DNA of 64,000 nucleotides from Nitrospirales bacterium (lineage in GTDB: Bacteria > Nitrospirota > Nitrospiria > Nitrospirales > UBA8639). The notes beneath the pieces were generated by a model. The model was not told the origin of the DNA and did no database searches. It saw only the letters and a program-made list of their open reading frames with translations. The stretch covers positions 832,001 through 896,000 of the forward strand of contig CBDCWC010000003.1 of assembly GCA_965223295.1 (NCBI GenBank), in the 5' to 3' direction. Shown piece after piece: positions 47,875-58,412 of the stretch; positions within the stretch are counted from its first letter, which is position 1, and the number at the start of each line of letters is the position of its first letter. Both the position numbers and the translations under genes were made by a program.

Positions 47875-50343
47875 ATGTCAATCCAGACTAATAACCCTAG
47901 AACACTCAGTTGGCGTCGGGTGAAAAGTCATGAACTTGCCACGTTCGTTCTTGTCTGGACCTTATCTCTGTTCGCGTCGTCCACATCCATTGCTAGCTCG
48001 TTGCCAGTTGTGAGAATTGCCGTGTTGTATGATGGACCACATTCCGATTTAGGGATGGGGAAATTTATTCGGCAGGGCCTTATCCAAAAAGAAATTCTTT
48101 CACTGACCAGGGGAGAATTTGATGTCCAGTTTCCTAAAAAATATCAAATTCATGCCGGATGGTCGGTCAAAAAAGTCGATCAAGCTCTGACAGCGTTGGT
48201 AAAGGAACCCTCTGTCGATATGGTTCTGACCTTAGGCCTCCTTGGCACGAATGCCGCACTCCACCGAAAAGGATTTTCGAAGCCAGTCATTGCCCCTTTT
48301 GTCATCGATGCGGAACTCCAAGGCGTATCTTTGGCCACAGGGAAAAGTCGTATTCCTAATCTCACGTACCTCACTTCATTTAAAAGTTTTGAACGAGACT
48401 TGAAAGCATTTATGGAACTCGTGTCATTCAAGCATCTCGCACTGATTGAAGATGCCGTGATCCCAGAAGCGATTCCGCAGATATTGGAAAAAATTAACCG
48501 CGCGGCCCGCGCCAATGATATCAGGATTTATCCCATTCGAGTGACCAGTTCTACCAAACCTCTTTGGGAACAATTACCACCAGAAACCGATGCCGTATTT
48601 GTCGTCCCCCTCTTTCGACTCCCAAGCAAAGAATTTGATTCCATGGTCCAAGGCTTTATCGAGAGAGGGCTTCCTAGTTTTTCCCTCACCGGACGAAGTG
48701 AAGTGGAGCGTGGAATATTCTCTGGCCTTGCACCCGAAACTGATTCTATCCGTATGGCTCGACGGATTGCGTTGAACGTGCACCGAATTTTACTGGGGGA
48801 ACCAGCTGAGGATCTTCCTGTTACGTTTTCCGATGGCGAACAACTCACCATCAACATGGCCACTGCTCGAGCCATTAACATCTGGCCTAGCTTCCGTATC
48901 CTGACCGAAGCCACTCTGTTGAACGAGGAATCGCAAGGGATTCCGAGGAAACTCTCTCTCTATAGCGTTGTGCGAGAAGCAGCCCATGTGAATTTAGATT
49001 TGGCTGCAGCCGATAGGCAGGTGGCTGCTGGCATTGGAGCGGTGCAGAATGCCCGTTCGGCCTTGCTCCCACAAATTTCCATCGGGAGTTCGGCCAATCT
49101 CATAGACGAGGATCGGGCCACAGGAGGGTTTGGGAATAACCCCGAAAAAGCTGCCTTTGCCCAAGGCTCCTTCGAGCAATTGCTGTATTCAGATACAGCC
49201 TGGACGAATTATACCGTCGAACAACGCAACCAAGATTCTCGAAAGGCGAACCGTCGACAAGTCGAACTGGATGTGACACAAGAAGCCGCCCTCGCCTATT
49301 TAGACGTTCTCAGGACCAAAACCATTGAATCCATTCGAAAAGAAAACCTCAAGTTAACACGATCCAATTTGGAGTTAGCGCGCATTCGAGAACAGGTTGG
49401 AGCAGCCGCACGTGATGAAGTGTTTCGATGGGAAAGTGAAATTGCCAACGGTCGCATTGACGTGCTGAATGCCCAAGCCCAACGTCAACAAGCCGCGATC
49501 AGTCTGAATCGCACCTTGTATCGTCCCCTCGAGGAGCTCTTTGAAACCACGGAGGCCGGTCTCGAAGACCCTATCTTATTTCATGATGTCGAACGAATTT
49601 TTGTCTATGTGAATAATCCGAGAAATTTTCAGATATTTCGAGACTTTCAGGTCCGCGAAGGCCTGCGATTATCTCCTGAACTCCATGGATTAGAAGCCAG
49701 CATCGCCGCACAACAACGGAGACTATTGAATGCCGAACGAGGCTTTTGGGCACCCGACCTGGTGCTGCAGAGTGATGTGAATCAGCGAATTGCTCAAGCT
49801 GGTGCTGGACAGAGCATACCTCCCGGGGTGCCGGCTCAAGATCGAACAACATGGAATCTTCAACTGGGTCTCTCCTTTCCCTTATTTTCCGGAGGGGCGA
49901 AAGATGCGACTCAGAGCCAGGCCCTTGAAACTCTTCGCCAATTGCAACTTGAACGCGAGGCCGCAGTTGGGAGAATTGAAGAACGAATTCGATCCGCCAA
50001 TATAGAAGCCGGAGCGTCTTCGGCCACTATTCGCCTCGCCCGGGAAGCTTCTCATGCTGCCCAACAAAATTTACAACTCGTACGCGATCAATATTCTCGG
50101 GGAGCCGTGGATATCATTAAACTTCTCGATTCTCAGAATGCGGCTCTTACGGCTAACCTTAACGCCGCCAACGCTGTGTACGAATTTCTCATTGATATCA
50201 TTAATATTCATCGTGCGGCAGGTTCTTTCCCATTTTTTGACTCATCAGAAGAACTCGAATCTTGGCACAACCGATTAGAAACCTATTTTCTAGAACAGGG
50301 TATCGACACCAAAACCGAGATAGTCAGGAGTCCTTTTCGATGA
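47875..50343 (+). CDS. TolC-family outer-membrane protein fused to an N-terminal periplasmic-binding-like domain
   Basis: N-half resembles ABC substrate-binding proteins (LPSFSL...VERG, LTINMATARAI); C-half has outer-membrane efflux motifs (ARSALLPQI, AYLDVL, LSFPLFSGG). Start uncertain. Confidence 0.82.
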   Translation: MSIQTNNPRTLSWRRVKSHELATFVLVWTLSLFASSTSIASSLPVVRIAVLYDGPHSDLGMGKFIRQGLIQKEILSLTRGEFDVQFPKKYQIHAGWSVKKVDQALTALVKEPSVDMVLTLGLLGTNAALHRKGFSKPVIAPFVIDAELQGVSLATGKSRIPNLTYLTSFKSFERDLKAFMELVSFKHLALIEDAVIPEAIPQILEKINRAARANDIRIYPIRVTSSTKPLWEQLPPETDAVFVVPLFRLPSKEFDSMVQGFIERGLPSFSLTGRSEVERGIFSGLAPETDSIRMARRIALNVHRILLGEPAEDLPVTFSDGEQLTINMATARAINIWPSFRILTEATLLNEESQGIPRKLSLYSVVREAAHVNLDLAAADRQVAAGIGAVQNARSALLPQISIGSSANLIDEDRATGGFGNNPEKAAFAQGSFEQLLYSDTAWTNYTVEQRNQDSRKANRRQVELDVTQEAALAYLDVLRTKTIESIRKENLKLTRSNLELARIREQVGAAARDEVFRWESEIANGRIDVLNAQAQRQQAAISLNRTLYRPLEELFETTEAGLEDPILFHDVERIFVYVNNPRNFQIFRDFQVREGLRLSPELHGLEASIAAQQRRLLNAERGFWAPDLVLQSDVNQRIAQAGAGQSIPPGVPAQDRTTWNLQLGLSFPLFSGGAKDATQSQALETLRQLQLEREAAVGRIEERIRSANIEAGASSATIRLAREASHAAQQNLQLVRDQYSRGAVDIIKLLDSQNAALTANLNAANAVYEFLIDIINIHRAAGSFPFFDSSEELESWHNRLETYFLEQGIDTKTEIVRSPFR

Positions 50344-51476
50344 ACACACTACTGAGTCAGTCCTTTAGATGCATTCACGCTTATTATCTGGTGAGCTCAC
50401 TTGGGATTATGCTCAGTGTTGCCTCATGCCAAGGCGAAGATCCAGTCATACCAGACGTTCTCCGCCCAGTTCGCTCCCAAACGGTCTTCTTTTCCAATGC
50501 AGAACAGATCCGAACGTTTTCCGGTGTATCAAAGTCAGGATTAGAGGCTAGCCTAAGCTTTAAAGTTTCCGGAACGATGAAACATTTGCCGGTGAAAGTT
50601 GGCGACAAAGTCAAAAAAAATCAACGTTTGGCCGAAATTGACCCTAAAGATTTTCGCTTGGAGGTTCAGCGGGCGGAAGCTGCGTTAGCGAGTGCCAAGG
50701 CAGCTTCAAGAAATGCCAGAGCCGAATATGCTCGGGTCCGTGCATTGTATGAAAACCGAAACGCTTCTAGAAATGACCTGGATCAAGCTCGTGCGACGGC
50801 AGAATCCTCAAATGCTCAAGTGCAATCAGAACAAAAGAGTCTAGAGTTAGCCAAGCTTCAATTAACCTATACTCGCTTACTGTCTCCCGCAAATTGCTCA
50901 GTTGCCTCTGTTCCCACTGAAGTCAACGAAAACGTACAAGCTGGCCAAACGATTGTGGAAGTCGTCTGTGGCTCTCATCTTGAAGTCGAGGTCGGCGTCC
51001 CAGAAATCTTTATCGCCAAGATTACACCTCAAATGCCTGTCACGGTGGCGTTTGATGCCATCAAGGGCAATCGCTTTCCTGCTGTCGTCACAAAAGTGAG
51101 CGTGAGCGCGGGAAAAAATAGAACGACATTTCCTGTTACGGTTCAGCTGCAAACAGACGTACCTGGCTTTCGATCGGGTCTTGCCTCTGACGTACAATTC
51201 ACCTTTGAAGGGAGAAAGGGGGAGCCTCGAATCTTGGTCCCGTCCGTGGCTGTGGGGGAAGATCAGGAGGGACCATTTGTGTACCTTCTAGAAGACCAAA
51301 AGGATGGAACGGGAATTGTTCGACGTCAGGCAGTTCACGTGGGTGAACTCACACCCGAAGGACTAGAAATTGTTGATGGTCTTCAAAATGGAGCTCACAT
51401 TGTGACAGGTGGAGTACGACGACTTCACGATAGTCAACCCGTTCGAATCATGACGACGTCCCCTCATCAGTCATGA
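50340..51476 (+). CDS. RND efflux membrane-fusion lipoprotein
   Basis: Lipobox VAS-C, RPVR, LSFKVSG, VKVGDKVKK; ATGA overlap with the TolC gene. Confidence 0.92.
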   Translation: MNTLLSQSFRCIHAYYLVSSLGIMLSVASCQGEDPVIPDVLRPVRSQTVFFSNAEQIRTFSGVSKSGLEASLSFKVSGTMKHLPVKVGDKVKKNQRLAEIDPKDFRLEVQRAEAALASAKAASRNARAEYARVRALYENRNASRNDLDQARATAESSNAQVQSEQKSLELAKLQLTYTRLLSPANCSVASVPTEVNENVQAGQTIVEVVCGSHLEVEVGVPEIFIAKITPQMPVTVAFDAIKGNRFPAVVTKVSVSAGKNRTTFPVTVQLQTDVPGFRSGLASDVQFTFEGRKGEPRILVPSVAVGEDQEGPFVYLLEDQKDGTGIVRRQAVHVGELTPEGLEIVDGLQNGAHIVTGGVRRLHDSQPVRIMTTSPHQS

Positions 51477-54400
51477 ACGTCACCCAATCGGCGATCCAAA
51501 ACAGCCGCATTACGGCGGTTGCCCTTCTCATTATTCTGTTCGCAGGCATCTCATCCTACCAAGGCCTGCCTCGCAATGAAGATCCCGGATTCATCATTCG
51601 GACCGCTCTGGTCCTGACCTATTTCCCAGGAGCCAGTCCAGAACGAGTCGAGCAACTCGTCACCGACAAACTCGAAAAGACGATTCAAGAAATTCCGGAA
51701 TTAGATTTTGTGAAGAGTGAATCAAAAACAGGCGTCTCACTTATCTACGTCAATATTTTAGAAAAATTCAAGAAGATGAGGCCCATTTGGGACAATCTCC
51801 GTCGAAAGATTGATAAGGCCACGCCTGATCTTCCCGACGGGACTGTTGGCCCCTTTGTGAATGATGAGTTCGGTGATGTATTTGGCATTATTGTGAACAT
51901 CACGGGTGACGGCTTTACCTACCGTGAGATTAAGGATGTCGCCGATGATGTTCGAGACGAACTTTTACGGCAAAGTGAAATAGCGAAAGTCGAAATTTAT
52001 GGAGATCAGGAAGAACGCGTCTTCATTGAATTTAATAACGCGAGATTATCAGAACTTGGGCTCTCTCCCAGCCAACTCAGCACACTCCTCGAATCACAAA
52101 ATATCGTGATGCCCGGGGGAGACATTCGAACCCAGGATGAAAAAATCGTCTTAGAGCCATCCGGTAATTTTGAGTCAGTTGATGAAGTCCGTAGAACAGT
52201 GGTTCGTGTGCCCGAGACCCAAGAAGTATTATTTTTGGAAGACCTGGTTGATATCACTCGAGGCTATATAGATCCACCTGATGCTCTCTTACGGTCCACC
52301 GGTGAACCAGCCGTAGGTCTCGGCGTTTCCATGCAGACAGGAGGCAACATTATCACGCTAGGAGAACAAGTACGGGGCGTCCTTCATCAGGCTCTTCAAG
52401 AATTTCCCATCGGTATCGATTTTGAGGTGATTCAATTTCAACCGGATGTGGTGGATCGAAAAATCAAAAATTTTACCAATAGTCTGTTTCAAGCTGTCGT
52501 CATTGTCACGGGAGTCATGCTGCTCTTTCTCGGTGTCCGAACAGGTTTAATTGTGGCGAGCCTTATACCCATGGCCATCTTCATGGCCCTCCTTCTCATG
52601 TCCTTACTTCACATTGGATTAGATCAAATGTCCCTGGCTGCCCTCATTATCGCCCTTGGGCTTCTCGTAGATAACGCCATCGTTATGTCCGAGTCGACCA
52701 TGGTTCAAATGAATGCCGGCAAACCAGCCCTCCAAGCCGCGATTCAATCGGCCAATGAACTAAAAATTCCTCTGCTCACATCCTCGCTCACAACGGCGGC
52801 GGCCTTTTTGCCAATCTATCTAGCTGAATCGAGTGTTGGAGAATATACCGCTCCCATTTTTCAAGTCGTGACCATCACGCTCCTCTGTTCATGGCTCTTG
52901 GCCTTAACCATGATTCCCTGGTTTTGCGTACTCTTTTTACGCGTCCTTCCCATGGCCTCTGGTGATCCCTTTCAATCTCATTTCTATACAATCTATCGAG
53001 ATCTCTTAGTGTCCTTAGTCCAGCGGCCATGGCTCACCATGGGAATTGTTGCCATTATGTTCGTGAGTGCGCTCTATGGATTTGGGAAATTGCCTGTGTA
53101 TTTCTTTCCAGCCAACGACAAACCCACATTTACGGCAAAGTTAGAATTCCCGAATGGAACACCTATTGAAAAGACTGACGCCATGGTGACTCATGTCGAA
53201 CGTTTCATTCAGACGAACCTCAAAACTAATCAAACCCGTGATCAAGGCATTGTGAATTGGAGTAGTTTTATTGGAGAAAGTGCACCGCGTTTTGATTTGC
53301 CTTTTTCTCCGGTTCAAGCCAGCCCTAACTTTGCCTATCTCCTGGTCAACACGACTTCTCGAGAAATTTTCTCTGACGTCATACCCCAACTCGAGTCCTT
53401 TTGTTTAGAAAACTTTCCGGACCTCAAGGCCACGATTCGTCCATTGGAAACCGGCCCGCCCACTTATCCCCCCGTTGAAATCCGTGTGACCGGGCGGGAT
53501 ACAGATATCTTATTCGACATTATGGAAAAGGTGAAAGCTAAACTTCGGTCCATACCAGGCACCAAACTCATCGACGATAATTGGGGAGCGAGATCCAAGA
53601 AACTTATGGTAAAAATCAATCAACCACGAGCGCTCCGTGCCGGCGTCTCCAGTCAAGATATTGCCATTTCCCTACAAACATACCTTACAGGTTTAGATAT
53701 CACCCAATACCGGGAAGATGATGAACTCATCCCAGTAATCCTTCGCTCGGTTGGCGCCGAGCGGCAGGATATGAGTAAACTCGAAAGCATCAATGTCTAT
53801 GCTCAGTCTTCCGGACAGTCAGTTCCGCTCAGGCAGGTCGCTGACCTGGAGGTCGTGTGGGAGCCAGCACAAATCCATCGACGCGATCGACTCCCCACCA
53901 TCACAGTGGAAGCCGGCCTCCAAGCTGGCACCACCGCCATGGAAGTCAACGCTCTGCTTGAACCTTGGCTAGAGGAACAAGAGAAAGATTGGAGTCTTGG
54001 CTACTTTTGGGAATTTGGCGGAGAAGCCGAAACGTCTGGAAAAGGCAACAAATCTATTGGGGCCAAACTTCCGGTGGCTGGGCTCATTATCCTGTTTCTG
54101 CTAGTTGCCCAATTTAATTCCCTTCGTAAACCCATCATCATCTTGATGACCATTCCGTTAGGCTTAATTGGCGTGGTGATAGGCCTTCACCTCACTCAAC
54201 TCTACTTTGGTTTCATGCCCATGCTAGGCGTACTCTCATTGGCAGGCATTATCATTAACAACGCCATAGTGCTCATTGATCGGATCAACATTGAAGCCAC
54301 GGAAAATGGTGGAGATTTGGCCAGCGCCATTATCATGTCAGCCCAACATCGTCTCCGTCCCATTCTTCTCACGACCATCACCACAATCGGCGGGCTCATT

Positions 54401-54577
54401 CCTCTCTATACCGGCGGCGGCCCCATGTGGGAACCCATGGCCATTGCCATTATGTTTGGATTACTCTTTGCTACCGTACTCACACTTGGCGTAGTGCCAG
54501 TTCTGTATACCCTCTTGTTCCGAGTGAACTTTCAGAATTTTCACTATGTAGCACAGGTTTCGGCAAATCCTGTATAA
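51473..54577 (+). CDS. RND efflux permease (AcrB family)
   Basis: EDP, PGASPERVEQLVT, DEFGDV, LGLLVDNAIV, NNAIVLID, RLRPILLTT. Confidence 0.95.
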   Translation: MNVTQSAIQNSRITAVALLIILFAGISSYQGLPRNEDPGFIIRTALVLTYFPGASPERVEQLVTDKLEKTIQEIPELDFVKSESKTGVSLIYVNILEKFKKMRPIWDNLRRKIDKATPDLPDGTVGPFVNDEFGDVFGIIVNITGDGFTYREIKDVADDVRDELLRQSEIAKVEIYGDQEERVFIEFNNARLSELGLSPSQLSTLLESQNIVMPGGDIRTQDEKIVLEPSGNFESVDEVRRTVVRVPETQEVLFLEDLVDITRGYIDPPDALLRSTGEPAVGLGVSMQTGGNIITLGEQVRGVLHQALQEFPIGIDFEVIQFQPDVVDRKIKNFTNSLFQAVVIVTGVMLLFLGVRTGLIVASLIPMAIFMALLLMSLLHIGLDQMSLAALIIALGLLVDNAIVMSESTMVQMNAGKPALQAAIQSANELKIPLLTSSLTTAAAFLPIYLAESSVGEYTAPIFQVVTITLLCSWLLALTMIPWFCVLFLRVLPMASGDPFQSHFYTIYRDLLVSLVQRPWLTMGIVAIMFVSALYGFGKLPVYFFPANDKPTFTAKLEFPNGTPIEKTDAMVTHVERFIQTNLKTNQTRDQGIVNWSSFIGESAPRFDLPFSPVQASPNFAYLLVNTTSREIFSDVIPQLESFCLENFPDLKATIRPLETGPPTYPPVEIRVTGRDTDILFDIMEKVKAKLRSIPGTKLIDDNWGARSKKLMVKINQPRALRAGVSSQDIAISLQTYLTGLDITQYREDDELIPVILRSVGAERQDMSKLESINVYAQSSGQSVPLRQVADLEVVWEPAQIHRRDRLPTITVEAGLQAGTTAMEVNALLEPWLEEQEKDWSLGYFWEFGGEAETSGKGNKSIGAKLPVAGLIILFLLVAQFNSLRKPIIILMTIPLGLIGVVIGLHLTQLYFGFMPMLGVLSLAGIIINNAIVLIDRINIEATENGGDLASAIIMSAQHRLRPILLTTITTIGGLIPLYTGGGPMWEPMAIAIMFGLLFATVLTLGVVPVLYTLLFRVNFQNFHYVAQVSANPV

Positions 54578-54748
54578 CTATCCAAGATAGATACACCTCT
54601 TGAGATGTTTTAAAATAAGATCCTAGTAGAACTGGAGCATCAGATACTTCTCTTCATGCATTCCCAATTCTTGAATGGTCTTCTTATGACATTTGATGGT
54701 ACCAAAATAGATTCCAACGAGTGGTGCACAAAACAAGGGTACGCCAAT

Positions 54749-55267
54749 ATGCCTAAACATCCTTTTTCTGCTTGGATAAGAATACTGCCTATTTTCTGTC
54801 TGGTTCTCACAAATTGTGTGAACACCCATCATCAGTTCTCTGGATCCTTGCTGCAGCTTCAGTCTTCCCATACCGCCCCAACACAACAACTGGGTTCAAT
54901 ACAGATAGGTATCACAACAAAACAAGAAATCATCAGAAGATTTGGAAATCCTACGGACCAGCAAATGTCTACTCGAGAAGGAGTTCCAATAGAATCTCTG
55001 AGCTATGCCGACTCTGAAATCGAGATCAGACCTTACCAGTACATTCCTTTTTTCGGAGCATTTGCATTTTGGCGCACTCCAACTCACCAAAACTCGTCGG
55101 CTGCCATCAGTTTTTCTTCTGATGAAAAGGTTTCCGGATTGACGATCTCAACAGTCAATGCCTATAGCGACATCCGTTCTTCAGAAATTTTCTCTAGAGC
55201 AGACTCCACCACTTCTTTTTACGGCATGAACAATCCAGAGGTTTCTCATACCCCGACTAGTGACTAA
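54749..55267 (+). CDS. Putative lipoprotein with a SmpA/BamE-like domain
   Basis: LTN-C lipobox-like; IQIGITTKQEIIRRFGNP. Confidence 0.6.
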   Translation: MPKHPFSAWIRILPIFCLVLTNCVNTHHQFSGSLLQLQSSHTAPTQQLGSIQIGITTKQEIIRRFGNPTDQQMSTREGVPIESLSYADSEIEIRPYQYIPFFGAFAFWRTPTHQNSSAAISFSSDEKVSGLTISTVNAYSDIRSSEIFSRADSTTSFYGMNNPEVSHTPTSD

Positions 55268-55357
55268 ATCCGTCCCAATCCTGAGACTCTCTCTACATTT
55301 TTGCTCTTCTCTTTTTTTGGGGACCTATTTCTTTCAAGATAGTTTCAGAAAAATATA

Positions 55358-55546
55358 GGGTCTGTTGAAAAAGCCGTCAGCGGCGTTCTCGCTATTTTTC
55401 CGTGCTCACATACTGCCAGTATGCTCCGCGCACAAAAAGAGCTGCGCCCTTGCTGAACGGACTTTTTTGAACAAACCCGCGGTCTCTGACATGTTATGTC
55501 TCAGACACGAAATGTGGCTATTGATATCAGCATTATTCAACAGTCC
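55358..55546 (+). mobile_element. ~190-bp MITE-like repeat, copy 3
   Basis: GGGTCTGTTGAAAAAGCC...ATTATTCAACAGTCC flanked by TATA on both sides. Confidence 0.8.
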
Positions 55547-55724
55547 TATATAGAAAGCTGATGCGTTTCAAGCAGTTGAATCAGGCAAAACCCGGAAAGA
55601 AAATTATGCCGTTTGGTTGCAAAACCATGTTCTTTATTCAAAATATCGGGTAAGATATACGATTGTAAGCTGGTAACCTCTTTAAAATTTTCCTCCTATC
55701 CTATTCAGGCGAAAGGGTAACGCA

Positions 55725-57572
55725 TTGAAATCCATCCTTGGCATTTCAGCGTATTATCATGATAGTGCGGCATGTCTGGTGCAAGATGGACAAATTGTGG
55801 CCGCGGCTCAGGAGGAACGGTTTACCCGGAAAAAACATGATGCAGGATTTCCCTACCACGCCGTTGAGTTTTGCTTAAACCATCGAGGATTAACTATTGG
55901 CAATGTGGATTATCTTGTTTTTTATGACAAACCTCTGATCAAATTTGAACGACTCCTCGAGACGTACTTGTCGTATGCCCCTCAAGGCATACGGTCCTTT
56001 CTCACTGCCATTCCTGTCTGGATCAAAGAAAAACTATTTTTGCGCAATTTACTGGATAAAGCTTTTCGCCAGATTGGGGGTCTTGAGAAAACGGACTCGC
56101 TCCCTCCTCTGCTCTTTGGAGAGCACCATGAATCGCATGCGGCATCGGCCTTTTTCCCCTCCCCTTTTCAGGAAGCCGTCGTTCTGTGCATGGATGGCGT
56201 CGGAGAATGGGCAACCACATCTGCTTGGATCGGACGTGATAACAAACTGACTCCTTTGTGGGAGATCCCTTTTCCCCATTCTATAGGACTGCTCTATTCG
56301 GCCTTCACTTATTACACCGGCTTCAAAGTCAATTCAGGGGAATATAAAGTCATGGGCCTGGCGCCCTATGGTGAACCCAAGTATGTCAAAACGATTTTAG
56401 ATAACCTGGTCGATGTCAAACCGGACGGCACGTTCCGCTTAAACATGGAGTATTTTGCCTATTGCACCGGTCTTCGTATGACCAGTGATAAATTTGACGA
56501 ATTGTTTGGCGCCCCTCCTCGTGAAGCGGAAAGTGAATTAACTCAGCGAGAAATGGATTTGGCCCGTTCCGTACAGGAAGTGACCGAGATTGTCATGTTG
56601 CGCTTGGCTAATAGTCTTCACAAAGAAACGGGTATCAAAAACCTATGTTTATCAGGAGGAGTAGCTTTGAATTGCGTCGGCAATGGTCGTGTTCTACGCG
56701 AAGGCCCATTCGACAAGCTGTGGATCCAGCCTGCCGCTGGCGATGCGGGGAGCGCGCTCGGAGCTGCGCTCACTGTTCATTATCACTACCTGGATCAACC
56801 AAGAACTTGTCAAGACACCGAAGATTCGATGCGCGGCAGTTATCTCGGACCTTCGTGGAGCAATGAAGAGATTGAAGCGGTTTTACGGAAGCTGGACGCA
56901 CCCTATGAACGCCTGGAAGATTCGCTCTTTTACGATCGAGTGGCAACTTACTTGGCAGAAGAAAAAGTCATCGGATGGGTCCAAGGGCGAATGGAATTTG
57001 GACCTCGGGCTTTGGGCGGCCGCAGTATTCTAGGTGATCCTCGCAGCGAGAAGATGCAGTCGGTCATGAACTTGAAAATAAAGTATCGGGAATCTTTTCG
57101 GCCCTTTGCGCCATCGGTTTTACGCGAACGTGTCGCAGACTATTTCGAGATGGATACCGATAGCCCCTATATGTTGCTGGTTGCACCGGTAGCCGAACAG
57201 CGGCGGGTTGCCTTAAAAGCCGACGAAGCAAAACTTTGGGGCATTGATCTCTTGAACGTGCCCAAGTCAGATATTCCCGCTGTGACCCACGTGGATTATT
57301 CCGCCAGAGTGCAAACCGTGACGGCCTCCACCAATCCTCGGTATTATCAACTCTTGCAATCATTCGAAAAGAAAACCGGTTGCGGAGTATTGATCAATAC
57401 CTCATTCAATGTTCGAGGCGAACCCATTGTCTGTACTCCGGAAGATGCCTATCGTTGTTTTATGCGTACCGAAATGGACGTGCTCGTCTTAGAAAATTGC
57501 GTATTGGTTAAAGAACAACAAAAACCAGTTCCGAAAGACACGGAATGGATGAAAGAGTTTGAATTGGATTAA
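55725..57572 (+). CDS. NodU/CmcH-family carbamoyltransferase
   Basis: ILGISAYYHDSAA, QEERFTR, HHESHAASAF, DGVGE, GEYKVMGLA, RMEFGPRALG, NTSFNVRGEP. Confidence 0.95.
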   Translation: MKSILGISAYYHDSAACLVQDGQIVAAAQEERFTRKKHDAGFPYHAVEFCLNHRGLTIGNVDYLVFYDKPLIKFERLLETYLSYAPQGIRSFLTAIPVWIKEKLFLRNLLDKAFRQIGGLEKTDSLPPLLFGEHHESHAASAFFPSPFQEAVVLCMDGVGEWATTSAWIGRDNKLTPLWEIPFPHSIGLLYSAFTYYTGFKVNSGEYKVMGLAPYGEPKYVKTILDNLVDVKPDGTFRLNMEYFAYCTGLRMTSDKFDELFGAPPREAESELTQREMDLARSVQEVTEIVMLRLANSLHKETGIKNLCLSGGVALNCVGNGRVLREGPFDKLWIQPAAGDAGSALGAALTVHYHYLDQPRTCQDTEDSMRGSYLGPSWSNEEIEAVLRKLDAPYERLEDSLFYDRVATYLAEEKVIGWVQGRMEFGPRALGGRSILGDPRSEKMQSVMNLKIKYRESFRPFAPSVLRERVADYFEMDTDSPYMLLVAPVAEQRRVALKADEAKLWGIDLLNVPKSDIPAVTHVDYSARVQTVTASTNPRYYQLLQSFEKKTGCGVLINTSFNVRGEPIVCTPEDAYRCFMRTEMDVLVLENCVLVKEQQKPVPKDTEWMKEFELD

Positions 57573-57589
57573 CTCAAGAGTTTTTCAAT

Positions 57590-58000
57590 ATGAATACCTC
57601 GACACCACATAAAGATATTCCTGTCAAACAACTCCGCCACTTTGGATGGCTGATGGGTGGGTTCTTTGCCATCATTAGCTTGTGGCCATTAGTGTTTCGC
57701 GGCGAAGGCATCCGTCTGTGGGCTGGTATCATTGCTGGCGCTTTTGCGGTGTTAGGAATGGTGTTCCCCACTGGCCTTACGCCCATCTATCGAGGCTGGA
57801 TGTTCTTCGGAGAAAAAATTGGATGGCTCAATTCACGCATCTTATTGGGTCTGGTATTCTATGCCCTGCTCACCCCCATCTCTTTTCTCATGGTGGTACT
57901 GGGAAAACGCCCTTTACAATTGAAGTTTGATCCCAATGCAGAGACGTATCGAGTGCCTAAAGAAGCGCGTGCGGCCAATCATGTCTTGAAAGCCTTTTAA
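57590..58000 (+). CDS. SxtJ-family membrane protein
   Basis: LRHFG, YRGWM..G..IGW.NSRI.L...FY..LTP; directly follows the carbamoyltransferase. Confidence 0.85.
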   Translation: MNTSTPHKDIPVKQLRHFGWLMGGFFAIISLWPLVFRGEGIRLWAGIIAGAFAVLGMVFPTGLTPIYRGWMFFGEKIGWLNSRILLGLVFYALLTPISFLMVVLGKRPLQLKFDPNAETYRVPKEARAANHVLKAF

Positions 58001-58014
58001 AGGAGGAATCGTTG

Positions 58015-58167
58015 ATGTCAGGTTTTCTCGGAGAGCTGTGGGAGTTTATGCGAGAACGAAAAAAGTTCTGGCTAGCCCCAATCATTATTATGCTCTTACT
58101 CTTAGGCGGTCTTATTATTTTGAGCGAAGGCTCTGCCGTGGCTCCCTTTATCTATACGCTGTTTTGA
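58015..58167 (+). CDS. SxtK/DUF5989-like small membrane protein (below the ORF-track cutoff)
   Basis: AGGAGG RBS; MSGFLGELWEFMRERKKFWLAPIIIMLLLLGGLIILSEGSAVAPFIYTLF*. Confidence 0.9.
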   Translation: MSGFLGELWEFMRERKKFWLAPIIIMLLLLGGLIILSEGSAVAPFIYTLF

Positions 58168-58412
58168 GAAGTCATGGGCATTCATGCCTTTAAGGGATGA
58201 TGAGACAAGAAATGAAAGAGTATTTTGGATTCAATCCTCTTGACTCTCAAAATTGGCGAATTACTATGTAATAAGAGGTGGGAAGGTCTTTGTCCTTGAT
58301 ACTTTTCGAGGAACGAGATTGGTACTCCCACCAACTAACCTGTTCGCTTTTAGGAAAACCACTTAATTTTTGACCCGTATCACTCATCGGGTTCATTTCA
58401 AGACCTTGGTAT

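Noticed and set aside
55725-58167. Saxitoxin biosynthesis (sxtI/J/K-like trio)
   Set aside because: No sxtA or other pathway genes are present; this trio is common in bacteria that do not make the toxin.
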